This document shows positions 35,301 to 49,600 of a DNA stretch of 64,000 nucleotides, in pieces; positions within the stretch are counted from its first letter, which is position 1; each line of letters opens with the position of its first letter. The position numbers were made by a program, and so were the translations under genes. The DNA is from Phoronis australis (taxonomy: Eukaryota; Animalia; Phoronida), in assembly GCA_002633005.1 (NCBI GenBank), contig NMRA01000288.1, positions 74,300 through 138,299 of the forward strand. Reading direction: 5' to 3'. The notes under the pieces were generated by a model that was given only the letters and a program-made list of their open reading frames with translations, did not search any database and was not told the origin of the DNA.

Positions 35301-38300
35301 CCGCAAGCGTAAACATTTCATTGTGACCCTCTAACCCGAATGTCGCTTAACCACACGATGCGTCGCATGCCCAACGGTGATATTGAGAGGCGTTTTTGTA
35401 ATCACTGAAAAGAGTTGTTTACGTTTCACAAGTTCTTTAATAACCCGATTTTTTCGGGTTTTGATATTTGGGTGTATGGATCGATCCGTGACAAATAAAA
35501 TGAGGTAGAAAACGTAAAATAGGCACAAAATGAGTAAATTGGACGCATTGATGACCTTCAGAATATTATTAATTAAATATGATGTACGATGTTCCTAGGT
35601 GACAGTTACGACGGGAGTGATACAAAAAATATCCTTGCCGAACTCTCTACGAATGACTGGGCCGGGAACATACAACGGGGTTCAGAATGTTGGCATCCTA
35701 ATCAACTCCACGCGGGAGATAATAGTTTACGGCTCGAACAAGGAGATGTACAGCTGCGATGCGTTCTTGGCTCTTCCTACGGGCGTGCTGGGCAATGATT
35801 ATTACGTGCCTTCCTGGCCTATGACACAAACTGCGTACCCGGAAGCTTCACAACTGGGTGAGAAATTAATGGATGAGTTTATATAATCGCATATACATTC
35901 AGAGATATCACTAAATTAATCATGTGATAGTTTGGTAGTTAGCATTTATGCCCATAAGAGAACACTAGCGTGAAAGCGTATGGCATAATCACTTTACCAA
36001 AACTCGCCGAGAGAGGGTGATTACGCGAGATCTGGCGATAATTCTTTCGCCGTCTTTGACACAGCTTAATTCCTATAATTAGCCACGATTTCACAACCAG
36101 AATGTCATTATATTGATCATTGTTCATCAATTTGTGTAAACAAAAATTGTTTTGTCCTAATTAACCACTTTATTTTTGAACTCGTTCGAACTACCGAAGT
36201 TATTCCCATTGGCGTCCACCTTTGTCGCAATAGGTACATGTGCAACTCTAGAAGCACGCAAGGTCGGTCCAGGCAATATTCCCGGTTCAGGGATTGACCT
36301 GAGTCAGCATTTACAACATTTGTTTGCAACACTTACATTGATTCAGGCCTATTGCCTAAGGCAAGAATCGCAAGCCACGATGTTTACAAAAGCGCCATCC
36401 ACTGACAAAAATGACACGCTAGTGTTGGCTTACGTAGTAAATGGGTAGTTAGACTATATACTTGCTTTTAAAGAGGTATTTAACCTTAGTCCAGTCTAAT
36501 ATACATTTCACTTAATTAACTCTAAATTGTGAGCTGCTGAGTACAATATGATCAACGAACGCCGCGTTCAACGAAGGTTCCACACCATCGCTGTTATTTT
36601 TAGATTCTTGACATTACTGTGTTCAAAGATTGATCTCGGTATTTCTCATTTTAGTGATCCTTGACGTCGAATAGACAAGCACCGATGCGTGAGCACTCTA
36701 GAATAGAGATTTTTGGAGTATCCAACATGGCCGCTACGAGCAAGGTGGCTGCTTGACATTCCAATGCTTTACCTGCTTCAATGGCTCGATTTCCACCACT
36801 GCACTTGAGGCGTTTTCTTTTGTCTGTAAAAAGGCCGATGTCAGTGATTTTGCACTTTTCATCTGATGTAGTTTAGTAGAGGTGATGCACAGTGTAGCGA
36901 CACATGCCTGAAAGCCGGTTTCAGAAATCAGCAGTCGTCAGCCTGTGAGAAGGTTCATCTTTGCAATAGTGGGGCATTGGCGCTGCCGCCTGTTCTTCTT
37001 CATAAACCCAAATGCTGCAGCACGGCCATCAGCAGACTCAGTTACAATACCTGACGCGAGACTGCTTCCTCATTCTTTCGTCAAGTGCGTGAAACAATAT
37101 TTCTTAACTTGGGGTGCGTTTCTTTGACCTGGGTATCTAGCGAAACAGCAAGATCACGCAAGACCAGTCACGCACGTGAAAAACTGCATTCTTTCACAGT
37201 GCTACGAAAGGTAGCGCGGTTGAACGTTGTTTAAAGTGGCTTCTCATTCGTTAAAGTAATGAAACTGGCGTCATAACGTTCAGTCATTCCCATTGGTTGA
37301 AGTAAAGGAAACCCCTTCAGTTTAAAGTTACCGAGTATAGCGACCACTTTGACTTGAACAGAGAGTGGCATTTCATTAAAACGAGCAGTGATCGAAGTAA
37401 AAAAATCAAGGAAACCCCGATCCAGGGGCTTAAGCCCAAACAAGTACAGTGCATAAAGACGTGTGCAAGTGGTGGCGATGTGACAGTATACTTCCGACCA
37501 ACGCATGCGCATTCATTGATGCCCACACACGGAATTTCGTGTGTCGTTCGTCATGTTTCCACAAGGCAACTTTTCAATATAGGTAGAGCTGTGTCAGAGG
37601 GTAGTGAAAAACTATTGTTTCACGAGTATGCTTGGTAGCTTTAAGCTAATTCACTTTTCTCCGTTCCATGAACTAAGATTTCTACCCGCACGATCTGCTG
37701 AAGTGTCTTGGGTCTACGAATTGTCGCTTTGTTATGGCACGAACCAACTTCATAATCAAAATTTTTCAGTTACACTTTTTGCACACATTTCTGTAGGAAT
37801 CGGTGTAATTCACGTCTGCATTGACCAGGCACTCGACGTATAATAAGGCCGTCACACCAAATTCGTTCTCAGAAGACCGGGAGGCCGTTCTTAGATTTTG
37901 ACGCAATGACATGAGACTGGTGGAAACGGGCAACTTCAGACAAAAACCGTGCTTAAAACCCAGCAATATTCAAGAGGCTGCTACGCTACAGGGTCTACAA
38001 TGCGAATCACTTGCAATCTTGTGCTTTGCTTTTTACATGGTGATATCACGCAAGGAACTGGCTTACAAGTCCAGTTACACCAAACACGTTCAAGGGCGTC
38101 CAAGCCTGTCTTACCATTTTAACGAAACGGGTGGAGCTGAACAGTGGAAACGGGCAATTTCACTTGATCACAACAATGCCTCAAATACGATGCAGTCCAC
38201 GGTGTTCTTGCTCCGGTTATGCAAAATTTAGACGGCTCTCACTCGTTTGTTTCCGTTTTCGCAATCGTACTGATAACTACTTTGGTGTGACAAGGCCTTA

Positions 38301-39143
38301 TATTATACCTCCTAACTAGTGTGACTTAGTACCCCGTTCACAAACTGACTAAAACACTTTCCGACTTTTCGCTAGCACTTTCGTTAAGAACAAAAACGTC
38401 AGTCATTTCAATGATTACAAATGTCACTCTTGCTGGCGCTTTGCTACTGGTTTAATTTACCCCAAAATTGTTGGAGTTTTCGCTAGCACTTTTGTAGCCA
38501 CCCGCTTACTTCAAAGTACACACATGCGCTGAGTTCAAAAGCCCTTGTTTATCGTCGCATCAATAAATCTATGGCGGAGAGTGAACCATTTTTGAACTCA
38601 ATTTTCGTTTAAACACGATTCAGGTGGCAATGAAACAATAACTGTTGGCAAAAGTGACCCCCCTCGCGGACAGTTCGTCTGTCTGGCTGAAACGCTTGCA
38701 TTTTCTCTTGCGATATATTCAGTGAAAACGCTAGCGTTTTCTCCACTCATGTGAACCTAGCATAGGATTAAGCTATTTCTTGTCGCTACGTTGTGTGGGT
38801 AATTATATTTTGCACGACTGGCCTCTGTCATAAAGAACAGGAAGCAATTCTTACACTGTAATGTTAAATTTTCGCAAGTGGAGACTTTTACTCTCCTTTA
38901 AAATAATCGTTGTTACAAAGTTATGACGATTATCTACTTTGACTCGTGACATTAATGGTGATGTAGTTTATTCAACTGGTGGTAAGAGCATGTTACAAAA
39001 AGAAGCCTGTCACGAGGTGATGATGAGGACGACGACCACGATAATGATGAGGATGTTTATGACGATGATGATGGATGACGACGACAATGTTGACGACGAT
39101 GGTGATGATTATAATGATGATGATTATGATGATGATGATGATT

Positions 39144-39190
<47 letters not shown>

Positions 39191-42100
39191 TATGATGATG
39201 ATGATGATGATGACGATACGTGTGTTCATTTAAGGTGTCATCGGAGTAGAAGACAAAACAACAATTAACATTACATTTCCGTCACACAAAGACAACTTTT
39301 ACTTGGCAACTGGAAAAGACAGGTGGAACAGATATACTTACACCAAGTACAGCTCTAGTTCAACCTTAAGAGTTGAGCTGAATAGAGGACAAACTTACCA
39401 GGTAAGGTAAAGTAAGCGTACATGTACATGACCATTTGATGTTCAAGTCGTGGAACTTTTACGTACGTTTAGAAAGGAAAAGATAAATTGGAAACGATCG
39501 GAGTAATTAAGGTCAAATTTAAACAAGTGTGGGTTGAAGTGGGACGCAGCACTAATTCATGACGAATCACGAACTTTGAAGACGAATAAATCAGGTTGGC
39601 GACAGCAAATCTCTCCGATCAAAAGATTAATGGACTCTAATCGGCCCATGGTCTTGAAGTGCAATTAGGAAAGTTAAATCATTTGTATAAAGAACCACAA
39701 CAATATACAGTATATCATTCCAAAACATAAACCATAGTAATGGCGTTCAATGATGGCGTTGCATACTGTAAGTCTGTAAGTTATGAGTAATCGAAAATAC
39801 TGCACTTAACCAAATGTTTATATTATTCAGTAAAGTATATACATGTATTTTGTAAAAGTAGAATTTATTTTCTGGGCATGATGCATATACCACGTTTTGG
39901 TTGCTCGAGTTTGTTGCTTCTCAGTAAAATGACGCAAAAAAGAATGAAAGCAAACAACTGCATCTATAAAATGAACAATTTGCTTTTGGTATAAATGTAT
40001 AAATCAAAATTACATTTTTCCAACCCACCAACTCCATTTTATTTTATTTTCACGAAAATCATAAAAGTACCAATTTTCGATCGCACCTTGTTCAAAACTG
40101 AAACATTTTATACAAGTCCAGACAACTTTTTGAGAGCTGTGCACAACATTTCGCAATCAAACATTTCTGAAATATGACGTTCCGAGGCTTGACATTTTTC
40201 AGGGCTATTCCTTAACGGGAAGCAATTGCTTTCGCACAAACAACGGCAACAGCAACAAATTATGGTACGACAGGAGAAATGAAAGTGTAGACCAGAAATA
40301 CTAGACTCGGCTGTTAAGAATGAATTGGAAATATCTGGAATGGAATGCAGACAATGCATTTTAATCGTGTATGTACGTACTTGTTTAACTCCTTCTTTCA
40401 GCTCCAGTCCAACGATGATTTAACCTCCACTCGTGTTCAGTCCAACAAACCTGTGGCAGTAATGTCAGGCAGCAAACGTACAAGTATTGCTACGGCAGGA
40501 AGTTCTGATCACATCGAGGAAATGGTTCCGCCGACGTTGTCCTGGGGAAAAAGGTTCTTAACAGCACCTTTTGCCGGAAGAACTGGTGGCGATATCTTTC
40601 GAATTTTGGGTAAGACCACATTACGAAACTATCGGCAAAGTTTTCCAGTCTGATACTCGGTAGCTGATATCCAATTCTACACTTCGGTGTTTCTGGAGCT
40701 TGATCAATTTCAGCATCCTCGCAATCTGAAACAGTTGGATAATGTAGACGCGCAAACTATCGCCCTCTTACTGAGGCTATTCCTGCACCCTCCTCGATCA
40801 TCACCCATTCGCACCCGGCACCTCCCAGTCGCCGTTTTGGTACCTTGGTCAAAATCGCTCTCAGTTTGTACTCACAAGTTATACAAAAGAGACGCTGGGA
40901 TGCTGTTGGCTTTCCTGCTGCAAACTCCTTGAAAGCATATCTTTTCTGAACTTAGAAAGCCTGTGAAATTTGATTTGTGACTTTATACAAATCTTCTAAT
41001 CAATTTGGTCATATGACTGATTCTTTTTATGAAACGTTGGCAAAAAAGAAATATTTATCCATCAGCAAAACAATGGTATCAATAACATAACCAACTGCTG
41101 TTTGATAAAAATATAAAAGATGACCTCTCAAAAACGCTATTATAGTTTTCTAAATTATCATTTCGTTTTCCCTCTATAGCACTTTTATTTTTTCACATAA
41201 ATCATAAAAGTCCTATTTGTGAGTGCCCCTTATGCAAAAGTGAAAACAATTCTTTACTGTGCTTTAGAGAACGGTGCATAAAGTATGGTGTTTTAAAGTG
41301 TCGTATAAATCTGAACAGCCACTTCTGAGTTATGATGTGACAAACTTGCCAATTTTTCGAGGGTCTTACATTACCTTAATAATTGTTCCAAAACTGCATG
41401 TTGTATTGTCCTGTTTTTGTTATGTATTTGCAGTCTCCGTTGACAATACTGAGATTCAACTGACGTCAACAACTGACAACGCCACCACGAAGGAAACGCT
41501 GAAATTGGGAAAATTTAAAGAATTAGACATCCCGTCTACTGAATTCTATTACATATCAGCCACGGAACCGATACTGGTTGTACAATATTCAAAAACAAGT
41601 AGGTTTTGTTTATAACTTCGTTTTAAGTTTAAAATGATTTGTAAATTGATATGCAAATCAAATACACGTCCCATTGAATGATTTGTGTTGCCATCCATCT
41701 TGCAAATTTTGAGTTGGAATAACATTCATTTGGAAAATCAACCGAAGTCGGGATGAATAGCAATCTTTGCATGCTATCAATATAACAGGTAATATAAGAG
41801 AGAGAGCTACTACCCGCAGTTTTTGAATTATATAGTACATTTAAATAATCGCTCGTTTGTCTGTATAATATTTTGACACAGGGAATCACCCGTCTTATTG
41901 GAATTCAGGTATTATAGTCCCTGTGTTCAGATCAGGAAATTAGAATGACTCAGATAACTACAGAGGAATCATGCTGACAAGACTTTCGCCGTGCTGTTAT
42001 GTAACCGACTCCATTCATAGGCAGATGAAAACAATACTCTGTGTGAGGCTCAAGCTGGCTTCAGGAAGGGGTAGTCCACAGTTGACAACGTTTTTTCTAG

Positions 42101-44228
42101 ATACTCGTATTAATAAATATCTATTGAAACGCAGAGGTCGATTCTGTTGCCCTTTTGTCGACTTTAAAAAGTGTTCGACTGCATGGGTCTGGCATGAGGG
42201 CCTTCGGCTTACGTACAAAACGTCACGTTTTGAAATATATGAAAAAATGTATGAAACTCTTAACAGCATGCATAAAAATGTGAAGTCTCGCATCTTGCCG
42301 AATGGGGACGGTTACATAACCGATTTCTTCCAGTGCACGATGGGCGTAAGACAAGGGTGTCATTTGTCTCCTTTTCTATTCTTCTTGTTTTTAAATGATA
42401 GGGAAAGAGATTTACAAAATGAACAAGACTCGTGCGTTATTGGTTTACTAAATTTATTTTCACTATTGTTTTTCGATGGCATAGTGCTCGTCGCACCAAC
42501 CGCTATTGCTATGCAAAGATCACCAAAGTAGAAAGACATTGTAATAAATGGAAGCTTCATGAGAATATGTCAAAAAAATATTGTCTTCCGTAAAGAGGGA
42601 TAACTAAGAAATTGTGAAAAGTAGAAATCATTCGGGGAAACTGTACCAACGACTTCAGAGTATAGCCAGTTAGGAATCAAATTTGCCCCTAAGGGTGTGT
42701 TAACAAAGGCGCAGAAAACATGTAGTTGGTGAAGCGACAAAAGCTATTTTTGTACTGAAGAGACACATGACTGAATACACTGACATTCCTGCGCAAATGT
42801 GGTTAAGACTGTTTGATGCAAAAAGTACATTACCAATTACGTTGTATGTTTTTGAGATCTGGGGATTTCATCCTGCACAAGACATTGAAGTAGTGCACAA
42901 TAAGTTTTTTAATTTCTTATTGTGACTTGGACAGCATGTTTCAAACGTTGTAGTGAGAGGAGAACTTGGCAGAGCGACAATATAGGTACATTTATTATTG
43001 AGAATTGCTAAATACTGGTTAAAGATTGTCAAAATGCCAAGCCATCGTTATGTTAGTGTGTGCTAAAATGTGCAGTATGAAATAGCTGAACAAAATAAGT
43101 GTTGCTGGGCTCTAAACGTAAAAGAATTGTAATTTACATATGGTTTTGGAATTGTTTGAGCACAACAAGATGTAGATGATGCTGCCTCAATTATATGTGA
43201 ATTTCAGCAACGATGCTGTGACCTTGATATCCTGGATTGGAGAGACAGTATAGTATCTTCCGAATCGTTAGATGTTTATAAAATTGTCAAATGTGGTTTT
43301 GTTATTGAAAAATATATAACACGTCTAGAAAACAGTTGACATAGAGCAGCCCTCGCAAGATTTAAATGTTTGGCTAATTCTTTAAGGGAAGATTAATTGG
43401 TTTGGGTAGAGAGGAGAGAACATGGCCCTGCTGCAATAGTAGAAAGATGGAATCAAAAATGCACCTTTTCTCGAAGACAAATTATATTCTGATTTGCGCA
43501 TGCAGTTTTTACCTGAATTCGATAGGGTGGACAAAGCAGTATTGAGAGATCTCCTACAGATCCATGATTTAAATAACGCCAAACAATGTTCTTAAAATTA
43601 CAGGTAATGTTGACAACAAACCCAGCGATCCCTTCATGACTCTGATTGTGCCAGTGGAACAGTATTCCAAAGACTACACTTTCGCAACACCGGAAGCCGT
43701 GCTGGAACCATATCAAAACTACGTCTCCATCACATGCAAAACTGGTGAATGTAAACAGCTGTATTTAGATGGCTCTCCCATATCTGGTGCCACCTTCATG
43801 ACAACATGGACGTCGATTCAAGGGCCGCAAAAGCCTATGTCAGTTGGCATACTGAAAATCAGCCACGGGACTCACACTTTAAGCCACCCCGATCCAACAG
43901 TTACCTTCGGTATTCAACTTTATGGCCAGGTACTGTACGAGTCATACGGCTTCCCGGGGGGTACGTTAATAGCCCCGCTGTACAGTGCTTGCACTCCGAC
44001 AAGCGTTGTGGTGAACGACGGGTTTGACAACGACTGTGATGGTAAAATAGATGAAGAAGTCGAAGACGGTCTCGACAACGATGGCGACGGAAGCATAGAC
44101 GAAGACACGGCGCAGCAGACAAATCCGCTATTTACGTCACCAACTACGACTACCACACTGGATGCTTCCACATCGACAACATCATCAACAACAACAGAGA
44201 CAGCAACAACAAGAACAACAGAGACAGC

Positions 44229-44280
<52 letters not shown>

Positions 44281-45837
44281 ATAGAAGATTCAAAAACCAC
44301 CGCAATATTGCTACCACCACCAGTCTCAAACACTCCGAATACAGAAATTCCAACAGTGACAACTGCATTGTTACCGACAACAATAACAGAACCAACAACA
44401 TCAAATTCTCCAACACTAACTACTGCGACATTACTACCGACAATAACAACGACCACTGAGTCACTACCATCAACAAAGACTAGGTCATCTCCACTTACAG
44501 CTGCGACCACGACTTCACTATCAACAACAGTGATCATGGCCTCGCTATCAACAACATTGGCCAAGACGTCGCCACCCATAACTACAACAACACGGACACC
44601 GATGACAACAATCACGAAAACGTTAAGAACTATACCAACAACAACACTGGAAGAGTCACAATCAACAGTGACACCTAAACTTACAATCACAACACCACTA
44701 ACAACAGCATCAATGCTAACAACGACAACAGAGACTCTAACAAGCAGAAAAATTACAGAAGGCCAAACATTAACCACAACACCACAATCAATAGTGACGC
44801 CTAGACGGCTAATGATTACAACACATCCACTAACCACAGCAACACCAGCAAAAGCTACAACGTCGGTCACAATACCAACACGAACATTGAAAGTACCACC
44901 TGCTACGCCAGAGGTTCCACCTACAACATCAATAACAACGACTACAAGAACACCGCCACCACCAACAACACCACTGGTATCTGCAATAACAGAGGTTGTA
45001 ACAACAATAGGAATTCCATCGCCAAAACCATCATCAATAATGACATTGACAGCGAATACAATGTCATCGTTGGCAACACCAAAAACGAAAACAAAAACAA
45101 CGGTGGCGCTGGCGACAACAGAAGTTCGGGCAATGGCAACATCGTTGACACAGGGATCGTTGTCAGCGGTTGGCAAAACAACTGGTACAGCTGAAAGTTT
45201 TACAGAAGAATACTCATTGCCAACGGAGAAGACAATGCCTGTACTTACACAAACAGTAACAACGATGACGTCAACACTAATTTCCGGATCGAACATTGGA
45301 GTCACCAGTGACGACGCAAAGAACGTTACTTACTTAGCAACTCTTCAAAGTACAGACAGCACAAATAGGGACACCGGGTCTAATAAACAACATAGCGGTG
45401 CTGACGGTGACTTACCTACAGATATTATTATAGGAACTGTGATCCCAGGTGTCATAATATTACTGGCTACTCCGTTTGCCTGCTGCTGCTTACTTGCAGC
45501 CATAAAAAGAAGACTAAGGAAAAAGAAGAAGAAACCGCCCAAAATCGACGGCAACGACGATGTTGGAAACGCGAATGATCCACAGATTAAAATAGAATCG
45601 AATGAGCCTAGATCCGGGCACATGGAGTCAACAGTCGTACCGATTTCTTTATCTGACAGTGGACAAATCGATCAAGACGAGTGGGTTTACTCCCGGTTCC
45701 TGTCGTCTAGTCCTCGGTCTGGTGCTACCGAGTTAACACCTCCTGGAACACCCATGAACAGTGATTTTTCACCTCACCCCACAACCCCACACCCATCTAA
45801 CCCAGACATATCGACACAAATTCTGTGCGTTAACTAG
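32376..45837 (+). CDS. FCGBP-N domain membrane mucin, paralog 2 (complete, ~1083 aa)
   Basis: Exons 32376-32439 (MCLRFLLLCVFILREIPYSHE), 33279-33433 (PDNKGTEFMIGFGEN), 35599-35857, 39235-39401, 40402-40609, 41434-41598, 43604-45837; 3252 nt in frame, all GT-AG; TM at ~45424-45504; 110-aa tail. Confidence 0.9.
34671..34904 (-). mobile_element. Penelope-like element remnant (GIY-YIG endonuclease C-terminus)
   Basis: DAVGNHCNSKNHNIQDLSVQIIE...RLKREQNWVDKLNTIEPHRLNIK resembles the typical Penelope C-terminal V-x-x-H-F-N...H...R-E-x-x-W-I-x-x-L-x-T-x-x-P-x-G-L-N pattern. Confidence 0.75.
39015..39218. repeat. (GAT)n microsatellite before exon 4 of paralog 2
   Basis: Direct observation; generates the spurious poly-D and poly-I ORFs. 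Confidence 0.95.
41880..43390 (+). mobile_element. Decayed non-LTR retrotransposon RT domain
   Basis: NYRGIML, QAGFRKG (shifted frame), FVDFKK, GVRQGCHLSPFLF, LLFFDGIVL (degenerate FADD); multiple stops; lies in intron 6 of paralog 2. Confidence 0.85.
43604..45837 (+). CDS. Paralog 2 terminal exon (DxDxDG repeats, ~410-aa Thr-rich stalk, TM, short tail)
   Basis: ORF 43636-45837 extended to the acceptor attacag|GT at 43604. Confidence 0.9.
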
Positions 45838-48800
45838 TTCTCCGTTTTATGTGGCTAAAGAGGACTGACCAACCACGGGCACTCTAGCCGCTCGATTTGA
45901 CTCTATGAAAAGGCATTCAGAAACGTTGCCTACGGTTTGAATGGTACAATAGTTTCATTTTTGATAATGATGCTAATAAACATCACTTCCTCAAAAATTT
46001 TCTGATTCTTTCTTGACCAAGCTTAACAAAGGCACCTAACCCGCGGTCGGCCCTGTGTCCACCAACGTCTGCGCATGCTGATAAAGCCAGTCACATCGGA
46101 AAAACATCATGCAAGCACACACAAAAACTACGAGAAAGCAACCGAAGTCGCAAAACACAAGCCGAGAAAACCGTGAAGGCCTGCTAGACGTGCTCTTTCG
46201 AAGTTTTCCACGTTGATAACACGTGTTTGCTTTTCGTTGACAGACGGCTGTTTCTACGGGTCGGTGATCGACATATTGTACAATAAGCGTCCGTCGCCAC
46301 ACGTTGCGCTCTTGATCACACTGTATATTTACTCTCCAGTGTCTTGACCAGTTCTTCGCACATAGTCATCTAATTTCAAGCGAAGAACACAGAAACCGTT
46401 CGCAATATTCTACAACTTCGCGGCACGGTTACTGTGGCTGTGGCTCTGTTAACGTTTTAGTTACACGAAGTTAGCCTCAATCAATGTAGATGTCGTTGTA
46501 GTGTACAACTATTAGAACTTGCAACCCAAACACTAAACTATATAGGACAATGGGCTCATCTCAGTTAAATGTTATCAGGAGTTTCCATAACCAAATCCTC
46601 ACTGATACGAAATCAGGGGCTCCTTCTTGAGATTTTTGGAATCATGCAGACATTGTCCGCCTTGTGAAAAGCTTCGCGAGAAGCCGTAAACCCCCCATCA
46701 CTGAAAAAGGCGTGTGCCTATTGGTATTTGTACATGTTCGAAAACAATTTAAGCTAAGTTCATCAAATGTTGCCTCAATGAAAAACGACATGCGCCGTCT
46801 AAGGGAATAACTGTTGTTGAAAAGGCCATTTTTGTAATGAAAATGTAAAATGCAGGTTACGGTCACATGGCTTAGACAGGCTGAGCCATACATGGACATC
46901 GTAAAAGGAAAATATGAAATCTACAGATTTTGGTTTGAACAAAAATCTAAAGTATCTACTTGTCACATTGGTTTGTGGAACTTAATGAATTGTAGAATTG
47001 TCGTGAGAACTTGACAGGGACCTCAGGGGTCTCACACTCTGTTGATATATCCACATTATTTTGAAAACACTTTGCCCAATCACACATTGTGTGTCATAAA
47101 AGAGATAAGCATACCTGCAGCTGACGTAGCAAGTAGAACTACTCTCGTTTGTCACATTGGTGTAGACTCACAATTGAACTGTGGTTTTCTGTTGAACCCA
47201 GACCGTCCCGAGTTGCACCATGTACCAACGGTCTCTCACGACGATTTAGTGTTATGTTGAAATAAACTGCTCCCAGTACATTCATCTATTTGCTTTTGAT
47301 TTATTCTATAAGTTATAACTTTCCAAATCACATTAAAGATAACTCCGAGAGATCACTCGACTAATAGCCATTTCGCTTCACTTGAGAAAACTTCCTGGAA
47401 ACTGATGTTACCACATGACCCCTAGCGTCCATTGTAAAAAAAATCTCGGTTGAGACTACTTCAATTTTTTGTTTGTCGCCCCTCCCCCATTTTCGCAGTA
47501 AATGCCCCCAAGTTGCCACTTCTTCCAACTTCACCCCACCCGGTCGCCAATAATTTTGCGTTTGGCTCACCCTGTTGAATACCTTTGACTACCCCAGTAC
47601 TCCTGTGCGTGTTTACATGGACCAATATTATTGGTTTTACCATTTTGTTCTCAAACTAACAACACCCATTGGACTTCATTCGTTTTCACTCCCATGGTAC
47701 GCCACTGAGCGAAGCTGACGAGTGACAACATTTTAACATACATTCCATCATTCCATCGAATACCCGCGACTCGGAAAAATAGACCAATTTCCCCATGATC
47801 GTTCACTTCTTTATTACACTCACCTTCCGTACGTCCCTCCTTCCAAAGTTGAAACTTAAACTTCGAGTCACGAAAAGATTTGACTAGTGAACCAAGGAAA
47901 TAATGTTCACGTGAGTATTTTTGTAAAATCGCGGCAAAATTCGGAGGGCAGTGATGCCTGTATTTTTGAGAGGAGAATATTTTGGGTGAGAGGGAAATCC
48001 CCCTCTCTTCTTCACCGATTTCACTTTCTCCCGTTACAGCCTCTAGTAGCAAATAACTTACCTATTGTCCCAATTTCGAAGTGCTAAGAGCAAATCACTG
48101 TCTCAGCCCATGTGACTTTTTCTTGGAATTAGACTGGCCTAAGTATTGTAGGCTGTCACATTGTGAACTTGGGCCTCCCAAGATGATCTTTTGTTGCTCA
48201 TTTCTATGAGTGGTAAACTAATCCGAGGGTTCTTTTCGAAGCTTCAAACCCTGGAAAGTCGTGTCAGACTGTGGTGTGAAGTTTTTCGCATTTAATAAAA
48301 GCTTTTGAATCCGAGGGTCTGTGTGAGTTAACTGATTTTGACCTTCAGGGCTACTGAGAGGAACTTTGAGTGAAAAACAAGTTTTTAGAGGACCCGATAT
48401 TAGGCTTCAAAGTCGAAGAATCAAGGGTCGTGGGGAGACGATATGCTGCAATCGGCACATATTGTCATATGGTAACAATAAATGTTATTTCACTGTACTG
48501 GGCACTTTTGGAATTTTCAATTATCTGTTAAAGAATCCCTTTGGGTCGTTTTTCCGCGCTTTTTAGATCGTGTTAAAACGACTGAGGTATTTTTAATCAT
48601 TAAACAAATGATCTGGATTCATTTGCTAAATGTTTAAAAAGGATCTGTCGCGTCTTCTTCACTCAGTCAGACCTGAACGGTTGGCGTGGGTTCATTGCTT
48701 GGAAAAATTGGTGTCAGGAAGCGAGTTTCTCGTGAAAGACGTTTGTTACCATTTGGAGTTTTTAGAGAATGTGAGTTTTTTCTTTTCTCGGTATGAGTGT

Positions 48801-49380
48801 TTGTCACCGAGGGACAATTATCTGAATTACTTGAAGTAAGAACATAATTTGGTCTCTAAATGATGACATTATCTACACACGAGATTGGAAGTCAAGTGCA
48901 CGCGCTCAAATAAATTCACCAAACAACTAAAAAGTATAATCATTCACTCAAAATGCAGCGACCAGAGTAAAAATTTCAATTGTTTTCCAGTTTTGTACGA
49001 TGACACGCAATGTGGAATAAAAAAGTTTCGGTAGACAAATGTATATTTTAAATAGAATCAAGGTGCGCCAATAATCGGAGAACCACATGTCCCTAATTGC
49101 GGAACTTAAGCGCATACGTGTACGCTTATTATACGGGTCATTTTAGTGGAAATTTTGCTGAAAAACAGCATTGTTTAGCATGTAGGCGCATAAGCTTATT
49201 TATGAAGTTATACGGTAGACTTATTATGCCCATCTATAACTATGTCCCAGTAAAGCATTACTGTTCTGCTGCATACATTTTGTAAAGGCTGACGATAGTA
49301 ATTAGTAGTGATACTTTAAGTAAAGCTGGTGTCTGTAAGTCGCGTGTGTACACGTTTTTCATCAGAAAGCGCCGAAACAG

Positions 49381-49450
49381 CATTGACGTCAGTCCCTTTT
49401 GCTTAGACAAACAACGAGAGCGATTCACACACAAACGAAAAAGAGTTACT
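49381..49450 (+). promoter_or_regulatory. Conserved upstream block of paralog 3 (perfect CRE TGACGTCA + CAAACAA)
   Basis: TGACGTCA at 49384-49391, CAAACAA at 49408-49414, and CGATTCACACAC shared with paralog 2. Confidence 0.55.
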
Positions 49451-49600
49451 TAAATGAGGTTTTGTGTTTCTGAGGTGACATTGGACATCAAGTTAGCTGG
49501 AGTGGGATGACCACTGCGATTTTTATGAGTGGACACACTACGGAGGTCATCTATTATTTTGCATTGCGTCTGGTAAATTGAAAAGCCTTTTTAAGTGAAA

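Noticed and set aside
36760-37130. Possible pogo/Tigger transposase remnant on the minus strand (KRKRL..GG; GFMKKN...PTIA)
   Set aside because: Too degraded to support without a profile search.
38939-39268. Poly-Asp and poly-Ile ORFs
   Set aside because: Products of the (GAT)n microsatellite; the poly-D frame is out of frame with exon 4.
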